From positions 1,888,001-1,952,000 of the forward strand of contig OZ244905.1 in NCBI GenBank assembly GCA_965221695.1: a DNA stretch of 64,000 nucleotides. The letters are read 5' to 3'. Origin of the DNA: Gammaproteobacteria bacterium. GTDB lineage: Bacteria > Pseudomonadota > Gammaproteobacteria > Eutrophobiales > Eutrophobiaceae. Below the pieces are notes generated by a model. That model had not been told where the DNA came from. It was given only the letters and a program-made list of their open reading frames with translations, and searched no databases. Numbering within the stretch: the stretch's first letter is position 1; each line of letters starts with the position of its first letter. This document shows, piece by piece, positions 1 through 10,806 of the stretch. The position numbers and the translations under genes are program-made.

Positions 1-647
1 TGGGTTACAAGTATGAGCAGACCTTGTTTGATCCGATACAAAACAAATTTTTGAACCGGGATGAATATTTTGAGGCCGTTGCAACAGATCCGGGGCGGAC
101 TGTCATCGCCCATGTGCCACCACGTAAACCCTGGTTGCGTAAGTGGCTGAACGTGCCTCACATGGTTGTCGCGGGCGATACCATGTGGAGTACGGACAAG
201 GACGGCAAGCCTCTCGGCTGGGACGATCCGTATGAGGACTATGTCGGGCACCCGAGGACGGCAGGCACGCGGGGCAAGGCGCTCCGGCTGGCCCGCGAGG
301 AAAATATCCCCCTGATGTTTACCCTGTCGCAATTAAGTTACTGGCATGCAAAACACCTTGGTGATGCCGGCATTGAGGCGATGAAAGTACGCGGACGAAT
401 GCAGCAAGGCATGGTGGCGGACATCGTCGTATTTGATCCGGACAGGGTTACTGACAATGCTGACTTCAAACAGGGCGCTAACGGTAATCCGACTACCGGC
501 ATCCCCTATGTTCTGGTTAATGGCCGGTTCGTCGTGGATGATTCGGAGGTGAAAAAAGTAATGGCGGGCAAGCCGATTCGCTATCCGGTTGAAGAAAAGG
601 GCCGGTTTAAGCCCGTGACGGCAGCGCAATATCCGGTGGGTGGATAG
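1..647 (+). CDS. N-acyl-D-amino-acid deacylase-like amidohydrolase, C-terminal part (5' truncated by window)
   Basis: Frame is open from position 3; motifs GHPRTAGT, RGRMQQGMVADIVVFDP and GIPYVLVNG match the amidohydrolase-3/D-aminoacylase C-terminus. Confidence 0.75.
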   Translation, partial: GYKYEQTLFDPIQNKFLNRDEYFEAVATDPGRTVIAHVPPRKPWLRKWLNVPHMVVAGDTMWSTDKDGKPLGWDDPYEDYVGHPRTAGTRGKALRLAREENIPLMFTLSQLSYWHAKHLGDAGIEAMKVRGRMQQGMVADIVVFDPDRVTDNADFKQGANGNPTTGIPYVLVNGRFVVDDSEVKKVMAGKPIRYPVEEKGRFKPVTAAQYPVGG

Positions 648-658
648 CCGGGAGGTCG

Positions 659-3600
659 TCAGGCCGCTTGCGCATTTGTTCCGTCTGCCGGGTTGCGCCA
701 GCAATGCAGCAACTCTTTTTGCTTCTCGCGCGTTTTGGCAACGCTCTCTTCCTTGATATGACCATAGCCGCGTATCTGTTCCGGCTGGCTGGCTATTTCC
801 ACCGCCAAAGAGTGATTATCATAGTTGAGCGCCTGTAACAGTTCCAACAGCGTCTGTTTGTACTCAGCGCTTAACTGCCGTTCCATCTTGCGGTGCGCGC
901 TCTTGCCAAACGGGTCGAAAGGGGTGCCGCGCAGGAACTTGAGCCGCTTGAGCAATCCGAACAATGGCAACAGCCAGGGGCCGAATTCCATTTTGCTCGG
1001 CTTGCCGGTGAACTTGTCCTTTCGCGCCAGCAATGGCGGAGAAAGGTTGAAGCGCAGTCTGTAATCGCCTTCAAACTGCTCATTGAGTTTTTGTTTGAAT
1101 GCCGGGTCACAATACAGCCGCGCAACTTCGTACTCGTCTTTGTAGGCCATCAGCTTATAGGCATAGCGGGCAACCGCATGGGTCAATCCGGTCTTGCCGG
1201 GAGTACGTTCCCGCTCGGTGTTGCTCACCTTCTCGACCAGGGCCGTGTAACGTTCGGCATAGGCTGCATCCTGATATTCAACCAGATCGTCTGCCCGACG
1301 TTGAATAAAGTCTTCCAGGGAAACATCGGCTGTGGCCGAATCAACATCAACAGGCGTTGCGCAAAGCTCAGCCACGGCGCTGAGGTTGTGGGCGGCGCGC
1401 CGGCCCCAGCGCCAGGCTTCCTGATTCCAGTCAACGGCAACACCATTAAGTTCAATCGCCTGCATAACAGCCTGCTCGGACAATGGGATAAGACCCTTCT
1501 GCCAGGCATAACCGACCAGGAACAGGTTCCCTGCTATCGCATCCCCGAGTAGGCGCGTTGCCAACCGGGTATTCTCCAGCAGCTCAAGCCGATTGCGGCC
1601 CAATGCCCCTTCCAGGCGTTTCCGTAGTGACGCGCCGGGGTAAAGGAGATCGGCGCTGCGCGTGAAATCTCCGGTGATGGTCTCGTGAGAGTTGACTATA
1701 GCCTGGGTCCTGTCAGGATTCAGTAGCGGCAAAACACTGTCGCTTGCCGCCACGACTAAATCACAACCCAGCAGCAGGTCAACAGCGCCGGCATTCAAAC
1801 GGACTGCGTTGATTTCTTCAGGCGTGGAACCGATACGCACATGGGTCAGCACAGGTCCGCCTTTCTGGGCAAAACCCATCTGGTCGACAACGGCAATGCC
1901 GCGGCCTTCGATGTGCGCGGCCATGCCCAGCAGAGCGCCGATGGTGACAACGCCGGTGCCGCCCACCCCGGCGATCAAGATGCCGTAATTGCCTGCCGCG
2001 AGATCGGGTTGATCAGGCTCAGGCAATGCGCGCAAAGCTTCCGGCAGTGTATCAAGCGTATTTTGCATTCCCCTGCCCTTGCGTAATTCACCCCCGACAA
2101 CCGTGACGAAACTCGGACAGAAACCGTCCGCGCAGGAATAGTCTTTGTTGCAGGATGATTGGTCTATGAACCGTTTGCGGCCATAGTCCGTAGCCAGGGG
2201 CTGTACCGACACACAGTTGGATTGCAAACTGCAATCGCCGCAGCCTTCACATACCCTGTCGTTGATGAACATGCGCTTTGCCGGGTCGGGAAATGTGCCG
2301 CGTTTGCGCCGCCGGCGTTTTTCCGCGGCGCAGGTCTGGTCGTAAATAAGGACTGTGGTACCTGCAACCTCGCGTAAGTCACGTTGCACCTGGTCCAGTT
2401 CCCGGCGATGGCGCACAGTGGCGCCGGCAGCGAAACCGGCGGCGGATCCATATTTTTCCGGTTCGTCAGTAACAACCATAATCCTGTTTACCCCCTCGGC
2501 GTGGAGCTGATGGGTAATCTGCCGCACCGTCAGAGGCCCATCCACGGGTTGCCCCCCGGTCATGGCAACCGCGTCGTTGTAGAGGATCTTGAAGGTGATA
2601 TTAACACCGGATGCGACCGCCGCCCGGATCGCGAGCGAGCCGGAATGGTAGTAAGTGCCGTCTCCAATCTGGGCAAAAACATGGCCGGTCTTCACGAATG
2701 GCGCCTGGCCGATCCAGGGAACACCCTCCCCGCCCATCTGGGTCCAGCCGTATACATCTCTTTCCATCCAGGTCGCCATGAAATGGCAACCCACTCCGGC
2801 GCTGGCGCGGCTGCCTTCAGGCACTTTCGTGGACGTGTTATGGGGGCATCCGGAACAAAAATAGGGTAGCCGTGACACTTCCGCTGCGGGTCTTAGCGCA
2901 GCCTGTTCCCGTTGGTTATTCAGGTAGCCCAGGCGCGCCTGCAACCTGTCGCTGTCATGAAAGTAGCGGATCCTGGCGGCGATCAATGCCGCGATCCCGT
3001 CTGCATCCAGTGTTCCCGCGGGATCAACCAGTAATTTACCGTGCTCATCATAGCGGCCGACAATGCGCGGACGTTCGGCTTCAGGCAACTGGTAACAAGC
3101 CTGGCGCAGCCCGTTCTCAACCTGCTCCCGTTTGTCTTCGATGACAAACACCTCTTCCAATCCGCGGGCAAATTCCCGATAAGTCATTTCATCCACCGGA
3201 AAAGGCATGCCCACCTTCAGGATCGTAATCCCAACCGCTGTGGCAACGCCCTCGTCGATGCCAAGGTCCAGCAATGCCTGCTGCGCGTCACGCCAGGTCT
3301 TGCCCATGGCGGCGATTCCAAACCTGGGCCTGGCGCTGCTATGAGACACGTAATTCAAGTGGTTGGCGCGCGCAAACGAAATTGCGGCAGGCAGTCGGTA
3401 ATGGCGCAAACGTTTTTCCTGTAGGAACCAGAGGTCTCCTCGGCGGGCATTGACTCCATCAGGCGGAAATTCAAACTCGGGAATCACGATGTCGATATGC
3501 CCATGATCAGCCCGGATGGAGGCCGCAGTTTCTATCGTCTCCGGCAACAACTTGTAACCGATCCAGTTGCCGCTGAAGCGGGACAGCGCGATAGCCAACA

Positions 3601-4150
3601 AGCCCATATCGAATACTTCCTGGATATCCGCCGGATACAGGACCGGCATCAGCAGTTCCTCAAACAGCAATTCGGAATGCCAGGCGGAGACCGTGGATGT
3701 CATATTGGGATCATCACCGGACAACGCCAGTATGCCGCCGTATTTTGCCGTGCCATGCCAGTGAGCCTGACGCATGGCATCAAGGCTCCGATCAACTCCC
3801 GGACCTTTGCCATACCACATGCCGAATACACCGTCGTAGTTGGCGTCGTTGTAATAATGAACCTGTTGCGAACCCCACAGGGCAGTGGCAGCCAGATCTT
3901 CATTCAGGCCGGGCCAGAATTTGATGTGATGTTCCTGCAAATACTTTTCGGCGCCCCAGAGTTGCTGGTCTATGGCCGTCATTGGGGAGCCGCGATAACC
4001 GGATATGAAACCCGCGGTATTCAACCCCGCGGCCAAGTCCCTGCGCCTTTGCGTCAGCAACAAGCGGATAATTGCCTGCGTGCCCGTGAGGTATACCCTG
4101 CCCTCGTCCAGGGTATATTTATCATCCAGCTTGACTGCGGCCAGCGTCAT
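659..4150 (-). CDS. Indolepyruvate:ferredoxin oxidoreductase family protein (single-chain alpha/beta fusion)
   Basis: 1163 aa; GFISGYRGSP, PYFCSGCPHNTST, TPP motif GDGTYYHSG, CEGCGDC ferredoxin motif, GVGGTGVVT, KLMAYKDEYEVARL. Confidence 0.93.
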   Translation of the reverse strand: MTLAAVKLDDKYTLDEGRVYLTGTQAIIRLLLTQRRRDLAAGLNTAGFISGYRGSPMTAIDQQLWGAEKYLQEHHIKFWPGLNEDLAATALWGSQQVHYYNDANYDGVFGMWYGKGPGVDRSLDAMRQAHWHGTAKYGGILALSGDDPNMTSTVSAWHSELLFEELLMPVLYPADIQEVFDMGLLAIALSRFSGNWIGYKLLPETIETAASIRADHGHIDIVIPEFEFPPDGVNARRGDLWFLQEKRLRHYRLPAAISFARANHLNYVSHSSARPRFGIAAMGKTWRDAQQALLDLGIDEGVATAVGITILKVGMPFPVDEMTYREFARGLEEVFVIEDKREQVENGLRQACYQLPEAERPRIVGRYDEHGKLLVDPAGTLDADGIAALIAARIRYFHDSDRLQARLGYLNNQREQAALRPAAEVSRLPYFCSGCPHNTSTKVPEGSRASAGVGCHFMATWMERDVYGWTQMGGEGVPWIGQAPFVKTGHVFAQIGDGTYYHSGSLAIRAAVASGVNITFKILYNDAVAMTGGQPVDGPLTVRQITHQLHAEGVNRIMVVTDEPEKYGSAAGFAAGATVRHRRELDQVQRDLREVAGTTVLIYDQTCAAEKRRRRKRGTFPDPAKRMFINDRVCEGCGDCSLQSNCVSVQPLATDYGRKRFIDQSSCNKDYSCADGFCPSFVTVVGGELRKGRGMQNTLDTLPEALRALPEPDQPDLAAGNYGILIAGVGGTGVVTIGALLGMAAHIEGRGIAVVDQMGFAQKGGPVLTHVRIGSTPEEINAVRLNAGAVDLLLGCDLVVAASDSVLPLLNPDRTQAIVNSHETITGDFTRSADLLYPGASLRKRLEGALGRNRLELLENTRLATRLLGDAIAGNLFLVGYAWQKGLIPLSEQAVMQAIELNGVAVDWNQEAWRWGRRAAHNLSAVAELCATPVDVDSATADVSLEDFIQRRADDLVEYQDAAYAERYTALVEKVSNTERERTPGKTGLTHAVARYAYKLMAYKDEYEVARLYCDPAFKQKLNEQFEGDYRLRFNLSPPLLARKDKFTGKPSKMEFGPWLLPLFGLLKRLKFLRGTPFDPFGKSAHRKMERQLSAEYKQTLLELLQALNYDNHSLAVEIASQPEQIRGYGHIKEESVAKTREKQKELLHCWRNPADGTNAQAA

Positions 4151-4153
4151 GTA

Positions 4154-4648
4154 TCAATAGAGTTCCAGTTCGGCTTCGATCTCTACCGGAATGCCGAACG
4201 GCAACTCAGCCATGCCGACTGCCGAGCGGGTGGCCAGACCTCGCTCCTTGCCAAAAACTTCCAGTATGGTCTTGGAAAAGCCGTTGATTACCGACACCTG
4301 GTTTTTGAAACCCGGCGCCGAGTTGACCATGCCCAAAACCTTAACCCAGCTTTTTACCTTGTTCAGTTCGCCCAATTCCCGCTGAATCGTGCCCAGCATG
4401 GATAGCGCGGTTTTGCGGGCCGCTTCAGCGCCCTGCTCAACAGTGAGGTCGGAACCCACTTTACCCAACGGCAGGGCAATGCTGCCATCGGTTTCCTGAG
4501 GGCCATGGCCGGAAACCAGCGCGCGCGTGCCTACGACCTTGATAAAGACTAGCGGGGCTTCTATATCCGGAGGTATCGCCAGCGGCGCCGGCAACACCAG
4601 TCCGAGTTCCTTTATGCGTTCATCAGGATTAATCGTGTCTTTGCTCAC
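4154..4648 (-). CDS. RidA/YjgF family imine deaminase
   Basis: VSGHGP, GKVG, VKVLGMVNSAPGF, RSAVGMAELPFGIPVEIE; start placed at GTG 4648 (ORF track extends to 4771). Confidence 0.88.
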   Translation of the reverse strand: MSKDTINPDERIKELGLVLPAPLAIPPDIEAPLVFIKVVGTRALVSGHGPQETDGSIALPLGKVGSDLTVEQGAEAARKTALSMLGTIQRELGELNKVKSWVKVLGMVNSAPGFKNQVSVINGFSKTILEVFGKERGLATRSAVGMAELPFGIPVEIEAELELY

Positions 4649-4846
4649 AGTTTGTCTCACGGAGATGGCGAAGTAGATAATACTATTATGCCACCGCTCT
4701 GCTGCCGGGTTTATCATAATCGGCACAGCGTCTGTCCTGTAGCAAGCGCCATGCCGGGAAGGATAAGCCACCTGCAGCTAAGGATTGGAATTCTGGGCCG
4801 TGACAACAGATAATGATCGAATACTAATCACGGATCCAGAAACGAT

Positions 4847-6013
4847 ATGCCGGCCATATCCCGACAATCCCGACTTAACAACTGCCATAACATTGATGAT
4901 TTGCGCGAGTTGGCCAGAAAACGTCTGCCCAGGTTTATTTATGATTACCTTGAAGGCGGCGCCGATGACGAGTTTACCCTGTCCCGAAACCGTAACGTGT
5001 TTTCAGAGTTTTTCCTGCTGCAAAGAGTACTGGTGGATATCTCCGGGATAGATACCTCAACGACTGTGCTGGGCGAGCAGGTAGCCGCGCCGATCATCCT
5101 GACCTCAACCGGGGCCAACCGGCTGTATCATGCCGAGGGAGAACTGGCCGTTGCCAGGGCGGCAGCCAGGGAGAATATCATCCAGGTCCTGGCGTCGACC
5201 GCGATGGTCTCCTTCGATGAGGTGGCGGCAGATACGAACGGGCCGAAATGGTGCCAGATGTATGTCTTGAAAGATCGTGGATTCACCCGCGAGTTGACAG
5301 CGCAATGCCGCGCATTGGGTTACAAGGCCATGGTCCTGACCGCGGACTGCGCCGTTGCCGGCAACCGGGAACGGGATTATCGCAACCGCTTCACTTTGCC
5401 GCCAAGACCCACCTTGAAGGTATTGCGACAATTGTCTGCGCGCCCCGGCTGGTTGTGGGAGTACCTGCTGGCGCCAGCCTATAATTTTCCCAATTTTGCC
5501 GGCGCGCTGGATAATCATGACGACGTGTCATCTATCGTGCAATGGTTTGGCAACCAGTTGGACACGACTTTCACCTGGCATGACGCGGCCAGGCTGGCAG
5601 AAGACTGGAACGGGCCTTTTGTCGTCAAAGGCATTACCCATGTGGAAGATGCGAAGCTGGCCGCGCAAATCGGCGCCGCGGGCATCTCCTTATCCAGCCA
5701 CGGTGGCCGGCAACTGGACCACGCGCCCTCCCCGCTGGAAACGTTGCAAGAGGTCATGGACGCAGTAGGCGACAGGCTGGAAGTATTTATTGACAGTGGC
5801 TTCCGGCGCGGCACGGACATCATCAAAGCGCTTGCGCTGGGGGCGCGTGCCTGTCTCATCGGACGTCCTTACCTGTACGGTCTGGCTGCCGGCGGTGAAG
5901 CAGGTGTCGCACGGGCGCTGGATATCTTGCGCGCGGAACTGGAACGAGATATGGCTCTGATGGGCATCACGAGCATCGCAGGGATAACATCCGATTGTGT
6001 CCGCCGGCGTTAG
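4847..6013 (+). CDS. FMN-dependent alpha-hydroxy-acid dehydrogenase/oxidase (LldD/mandelate dehydrogenase family)
   Basis: YDYLEGGADDE, VVKGI, SHGGRQLD, DSGFRRGTDIIKALALGA, GRPYLYGL. Confidence 0.93.
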   Translation: MPAISRQSRLNNCHNIDDLRELARKRLPRFIYDYLEGGADDEFTLSRNRNVFSEFFLLQRVLVDISGIDTSTTVLGEQVAAPIILTSTGANRLYHAEGELAVARAAARENIIQVLASTAMVSFDEVAADTNGPKWCQMYVLKDRGFTRELTAQCRALGYKAMVLTADCAVAGNRERDYRNRFTLPPRPTLKVLRQLSARPGWLWEYLLAPAYNFPNFAGALDNHDDVSSIVQWFGNQLDTTFTWHDAARLAEDWNGPFVVKGITHVEDAKLAAQIGAAGISLSSHGGRQLDHAPSPLETLQEVMDAVGDRLEVFIDSGFRRGTDIIKALALGARACLIGRPYLYGLAAGGEAGVARALDILRAELERDMALMGITSIAGITSDCVRRR

Positions 6014-6028
6014 CCTGGAGAGACCTCT

Positions 6029-7363
6029 ATGCCCGTATTGAGCGAAAACTCTCCCATTATTTTCCAGGACAAACTGCCGGAAGCCGCCGATGTGGTGATC
6101 ATTGGCGGTGGCATAGCCGGCATTTGCGCTGCCTGGTTTCTGGTGAAAGACGGCGTTTCAGTACTGGTATGCGAAAAGGGCAGGATCGCCGGTGAACAAT
6201 CCAGCCGCAACTGGGGCTGGGTAAGGCAGATGGGCCGGGATGAAGCGGAACTGCCGATTATGATGGATTCCATCAATCTCTGGGAAGGTTTGGCGCAAGA
6301 AATCGGAGAAGATGTGGGTTTCCGGCGCGGTGGCATCCTGTTTCTGGCAGAAAATGAACAGGAACAGGAGGAATTCGAGCAATGGCTGGCGATCGCGAAG
6401 CAGCGCCAACTCGACAGCCGTCCACTCGGCCGCGGCGAACTGCAAAAACTGGTCGACGGCGGTGGCAACAGGTGGCACGGAGCCATCTATACCCCCAGTG
6501 ACGGGCGGGCGGAACCCTTCAAGGCTGTCCCGACTATCGCCAGAGCGGCGCAACGCGCCGGCTGCAGTATCATCGAAAATTGCGCTGTGAGAACCATCGA
6601 AACGCAAGCCGGCAGAACGAGCGCGGTAATAACGGAACTGGGCCGCGTGCGAGCCAATGCCGTTCTTTGCGCGGGTGGCGCCTGGTCCACCATGTTTCTG
6701 GGCAACCTGGGGGTTACTCTGCCGCAGCTCGTTGTGCGCGGCACAGTGGCGCGTACCGGGGCTGCTCCGGAGGTCTTTCCCGGCTGTGCTGCGTCCCACA
6801 GGTTTGCCTTCAGACGCAGGGAGGACGGCGGTTATACCCTGGCTTTGAGCGATTATCTTGAACATTTCCCCGGCGCCGACAGTATCAGGCGCCTGGTAAC
6901 GTTCTGGCCTGCCTTCAAGCAGATTCGAAAAGCCATCAAACTGCGTTTGGGCATGGATCTGTTTGCCAGGATGTTTCCGCAACGCAGGTGGCAGGCAGAT
7001 GAGATAACACCGTTTGAACGCATCCGGGTACTCAACCCGGAGCCATGTCCCTGGGCAGTCAGTGAATTGCGAAAACGCATGGTTGACCACTTGCCCGCAT
7101 TGGCCGAGGTAGGAATCGAGGAGTCATGGGCGGGCATGATCGAGGCAACACCTGATTTTGTGCCGGTACTGGATCAGGTACCCGGTTACCCGGGATTTTA
7201 CCTGGCTACCGGTTTCAGCGGCCATGGTTTCGGCATCGGTCCCGGCGCCGGGCGCATCATGGCGCGCCTGCTGCAAGGCAAACCGGCAGGATATGACCTT
7301 GGCCGTTTTCGTTTCACGCGCTTTAGCGACGGCAGCCCAATTATTCCCGGCCCTGCACTGTAA
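6029..7363 (+). CDS. FAD-dependent oxidoreductase, D-amino-acid oxidase/DadA family
   Basis: VVIIGGGIAG, GEQSSRNWGW, WAGMIEATPD, GFSGHGFGIGPG. Confidence 0.9.
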   Translation: MPVLSENSPIIFQDKLPEAADVVIIGGGIAGICAAWFLVKDGVSVLVCEKGRIAGEQSSRNWGWVRQMGRDEAELPIMMDSINLWEGLAQEIGEDVGFRRGGILFLAENEQEQEEFEQWLAIAKQRQLDSRPLGRGELQKLVDGGGNRWHGAIYTPSDGRAEPFKAVPTIARAAQRAGCSIIENCAVRTIETQAGRTSAVITELGRVRANAVLCAGGAWSTMFLGNLGVTLPQLVVRGTVARTGAAPEVFPGCAASHRFAFRRREDGGYTLALSDYLEHFPGADSIRRLVTFWPAFKQIRKAIKLRLGMDLFARMFPQRRWQADEITPFERIRVLNPEPCPWAVSELRKRMVDHLPALAEVGIEESWAGMIEATPDFVPVLDQVPGYPGFYLATGFSGHGFGIGPGAGRIMARLLQGKPAGYDLGRFRFTRFSDGSPIIPGPAL

Positions 7364-7518
7364 GCATAGAGAATTTCATTTTATGATAAGAGAATTGAAT
7401 GTACTGACTACCGGTTTCTGTGTGCTATATGACATACTTTGTTGCTAAACTGCATACTGTTGATTGTGATCTGGCTGATATCAGCAGGTCACTCCTGTTT
7501 TTCGGGGGATAACCAATA

Positions 7519-9891
7519 ATGAATACTGTTTCTGTCCGTTACTTGAGAAATTTCTTACCACTGCTGCTGGCTACCGCGCTGCCGGTATCCAATGCGCATG
7601 CCCAGTTGGAAGAGATCATCGTTACCGCAACCAAGCGTGTTGAAAGCTCCCAGGATATTCCGCTGTCAATTGAAACCGTGTCCGGTGAGATGATGATGGA
7701 TATGGGCATCACCGACCTGGCGGAGCTTGCGGATACCGTGCCCAATTTGCAAGTGGGCTACGGCATTACCTCTCAAGCCATCACCATTCGCGGTCTGGGC
7801 ACAGGTCAGGAACGGAGTTTTGAACAATCCGTAGCAATGTTTATCGATGGGATGTACATGCCTCGTTCGCGCCAATACCAGTCTCCATTTCTCGATGCGG
7901 AACGCGTCGAGGTGGCCCGCGGACCGCAGTCCGTCATCCATGGCCTGAACTCAACAGCCGGCGCGATCAGTATTGTCACCAACCAGACCCGCCCGGGCGA
8001 TGCGGCCTTCCTGGATCTGACCGTAGACTATGAACTGGAACACGGCGGGCCTTCATTGGTCGCCATCGCCGGCGGTTCGCCCTCGGACACGCTGGGCCTC
8101 AGGGCAGCCCTGAAGATTTCCGGCCGGGACGGGTACTTTGACAACTCATTGACCGGAGAAAATGAAGGCGATACCGATGAACTCCTGTTGCGCATCAGCG
8201 CGATGTGGCAATTGACAGAGGACCTGACATTTAGCGCCAAGTACGAGCGCGCCGAAAAGGAGATGGAAGGCAATACCGGCGAACTGTTCAATGACGCGGC
8301 AGGGACTTTCTCCGCCGGGACCGGATTTGCCGAACCCAACGACGGCAGGCTGAACTGGGAACGCTCGTCAAACGGTTGCAACAATGACCGCAACGGGCTG
8401 CCGGACCCGATTACGGTAGCCACCATGCAGTCAGATACCTGTCCTGAACAACGCACGAAAAATCAGACAATAATGGCCAGTCTGGATTGGCAACTTCCCG
8501 GCCACATACTGTCAGTTACCGGTGGGCACTCGGAATTTGAATACGATATTTCTGTAGACCTGGATACAACGGCTGATGCCTTCGTGACATCCGGCATTGA
8601 TGAGGACTTCGAGCAGGATTCCGTGGAAATCAGACTAACATCTGAAAAAGGCGGCATGGTTGATTACCTGGTCGGCGCGTACTACCAGAAGTGGGAAAAC
8701 TATAACCTGAATCCCGCGCAGTTCGGCCCGGCCACACTTGGCGGTCTATTGAGCGCCGCAGGTCCATTTGGCGCCAATGTGCTGATCGACACCGGGAATT
8801 TCTTCGATCAGGAATCCGAGTTGTGGTCTGTGTTCGGACAGGCTACGGTGAATGTCATGGACCGTCTGCGCATAACAGGCGGTGTGCGCTATACCGACGA
8901 AGACAAACAATCCTTGTATGACACGCGCTGCCAGCTTGGTTTTGTTGATGCGGGGTTGTTGCTTCCCCAGGCGTTACCCGGACCGTTGGCTCTGTGCAAC
9001 ACCGATCCCGGCACGGTCGGATTGTTTGTCGACCGCTCCAGCGACAACTGGTTGCCCGAAGTGGCACTGCAATGGGACGCAAATGAAGACATCATGCTGT
9101 ATGCCAAGTGGGGTGAAAGCGCCAAGTCGGGTGGTTTCACTTCCGCCCAGAGAACTGCGCCGGGCGGGTTGGCATTTGCGCCTGAAGATCAGGAGTACGA
9201 TGATGAGAAGGCCACCGGCTACGAAGTAGGCTTCAAGTCACGCTGGTTGAATAATTCCGCGGAACTCAATGTGGCATTTTACCGTACCGAGTTCGATGAT
9301 TTGCAGGTGAATTCATTCACGCCCGTCGGCGTGGTGATCGTCCAACGCGTAACCAACGCGGCCTCTGCTGTCTCACAGGGCGTGGAGATGGACGGGCGCT
9401 GGCAGGCAAGTGACTGGTTGCTGTTGGGCGGCTCATTTGCCTACACCGATGCGGAATACGGCAGTTTCCTCAATGGCACCTGCAACTTCGCCAGCGGCAT
9501 GACCAGCCCCTGCGATCAGTCTGATAGATCCCTGCACCTTGCCCCCGAATGGAGCGGCAATATTTACGCCAACGCCAGTTTTCCGATTGCAGATAATATC
9601 GATGGTATAGCCGACCTGAGCGTCTCGTTCAGCGATGAATTCTATACGGATGCTTCACTGGAGCCGGCAGGCTTGCAGGACTCCTATGCAAAACTTGCCG
9701 CGCGTGTCGGCGTCGAGGCCTCCGACGGCAGGTGGAGCCTGGCAGTGGTGGGTCGCAACCTGACCAATGAGAAAGTGTTATCGGCTTCCCAGAGTTTCTT
9801 CGCCGCCCTGTTTCAGACAACTTACCTGGGATACCTGGAACCGCCCAGGACGATCATGATCCAGGGGAATTACCGTTTCGGGGGCAATTAA
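7519..9891 (+). CDS. TonB-dependent outer-membrane receptor
   Basis: Signal peptide ending AHA-Q; TonB box LEEIIVTATKR; plug motif RVEVARGPQ; C-terminal PRT...YRF. Confidence 0.95.
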   Translation: MNTVSVRYLRNFLPLLLATALPVSNAHAQLEEIIVTATKRVESSQDIPLSIETVSGEMMMDMGITDLAELADTVPNLQVGYGITSQAITIRGLGTGQERSFEQSVAMFIDGMYMPRSRQYQSPFLDAERVEVARGPQSVIHGLNSTAGAISIVTNQTRPGDAAFLDLTVDYELEHGGPSLVAIAGGSPSDTLGLRAALKISGRDGYFDNSLTGENEGDTDELLLRISAMWQLTEDLTFSAKYERAEKEMEGNTGELFNDAAGTFSAGTGFAEPNDGRLNWERSSNGCNNDRNGLPDPITVATMQSDTCPEQRTKNQTIMASLDWQLPGHILSVTGGHSEFEYDISVDLDTTADAFVTSGIDEDFEQDSVEIRLTSEKGGMVDYLVGAYYQKWENYNLNPAQFGPATLGGLLSAAGPFGANVLIDTGNFFDQESELWSVFGQATVNVMDRLRITGGVRYTDEDKQSLYDTRCQLGFVDAGLLLPQALPGPLALCNTDPGTVGLFVDRSSDNWLPEVALQWDANEDIMLYAKWGESAKSGGFTSAQRTAPGGLAFAPEDQEYDDEKATGYEVGFKSRWLNNSAELNVAFYRTEFDDLQVNSFTPVGVVIVQRVTNAASAVSQGVEMDGRWQASDWLLLGGSFAYTDAEYGSFLNGTCNFASGMTSPCDQSDRSLHLAPEWSGNIYANASFPIADNIDGIADLSVSFSDEFYTDASLEPAGLQDSYAKLAARVGVEASDGRWSLAVVGRNLTNEKVLSASQSFFAALFQTTYLGYLEPPRTIMIQGNYRFGGN

Positions 9892-9912
9892 CACGGCAAA
9901 CAAGCAGGATTA

Positions 9913-10737
9913 ATGATCAGGTTGGATTATTACCTGCGGCGCAAACCGGAACTAAGCCCGCAGGACTTCAACACCTGGTGGACCGGCCCGCATGCCGATT
10001 TATGGCGCGCGCATGCAGATACGCTGGACATCAGGCGCCATGTGCAACTGCCGGGCGATACTGAAAATCCCATTGGCATTGCTTACCGCAAGGCCTACGA
10101 CGCCACCGGGGAGCCTTTCGACGGCGTGGCAACCACCTGCTGGGCAGATATTCGCGTGCTTGAAGCCGCGCTGGAAACCCGGTCCGGTCAGGCGGCATAC
10201 CAGGAAATCCTGGCGGACGAACTGGCTCATATCGATACTCCCCGTTGCCGTTTGTCCTTTGGTATAAACCATGCCGTGATCTTTCCGCGGGAAAAAATCG
10301 AGGCCACGGTGGACACTGACTTTACCCGCGTGGCCTATTTTCCGGACGCCCTGCCGGGACTGCCGATAGCGGAAACGCAACGCCACTGGATCGCAGTGCA
10401 TGGCGGTCTGACCCAGGACTATGCGCGCTACTCTCCCAACGCCAAGTATATACAAGTGCACAGTTATGAGCATGAATTGGCAGAGACCTTGCGCGCCGAC
10501 CGCAATATGCCGCACAACGACCGCCACTTCGGCCATGCGGAGGTCTGGACCTCGCCCGCCGACCAGGAACGTTCGGCCAACAATCCCAGGCGTCAGGAAC
10601 TGTTCCCGCTATATATCGAGGATATCGAAAACTTCGCCGATTCACACACCGGCTACCTGATCGCCGGCAAGGATCATTACGTAGTGAACAAGGAGATATA
10701 CCATTCACCCTTGCCAAAGCCTCATCAACTCCGATGA
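9913..10737 (+). CDS. Tandem EthD-like (dimeric alpha/beta-barrel) domain protein
   Basis: YLRRKPELSPQDFNTWWTGPHA..FDGVA..W and a second repeat ETQRHWIAVHG..YIQVH..FGHAEVW. Confidence 0.7.
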   Translation: MIRLDYYLRRKPELSPQDFNTWWTGPHADLWRAHADTLDIRRHVQLPGDTENPIGIAYRKAYDATGEPFDGVATTCWADIRVLEAALETRSGQAAYQEILADELAHIDTPRCRLSFGINHAVIFPREKIEATVDTDFTRVAYFPDALPGLPIAETQRHWIAVHGGLTQDYARYSPNAKYIQVHSYEHELAETLRADRNMPHNDRHFGHAEVWTSPADQERSANNPRRQELFPLYIEDIENFADSHTGYLIAGKDHYVVNKEIYHSPLPKPHQLR

Positions 10738-10742
10738 TTCTT

Positions 10743-10769
10743 AAAGAACCAGATTAAGTCAGACTTTCC
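10743..10769 (-). repeat. Degenerate copy of the 27-bp REP-like palindrome
   Basis: Reverse strand reads GGAAAGTCTGACTTAATCTGGTTC, sharing the TCTGACTTAATC core. Confidence 0.5.
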
Positions 10770-10806
10770 TACGAGGGATATACCTCTTTATGCTATACTT
10801 GCTCAC

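Noticed and set aside
3497-7090. Overlapping ORFs 3497-4405 (+) and 6158-7090 (-)
   Set aside because: Opposite-strand overlaps of well-supported genes
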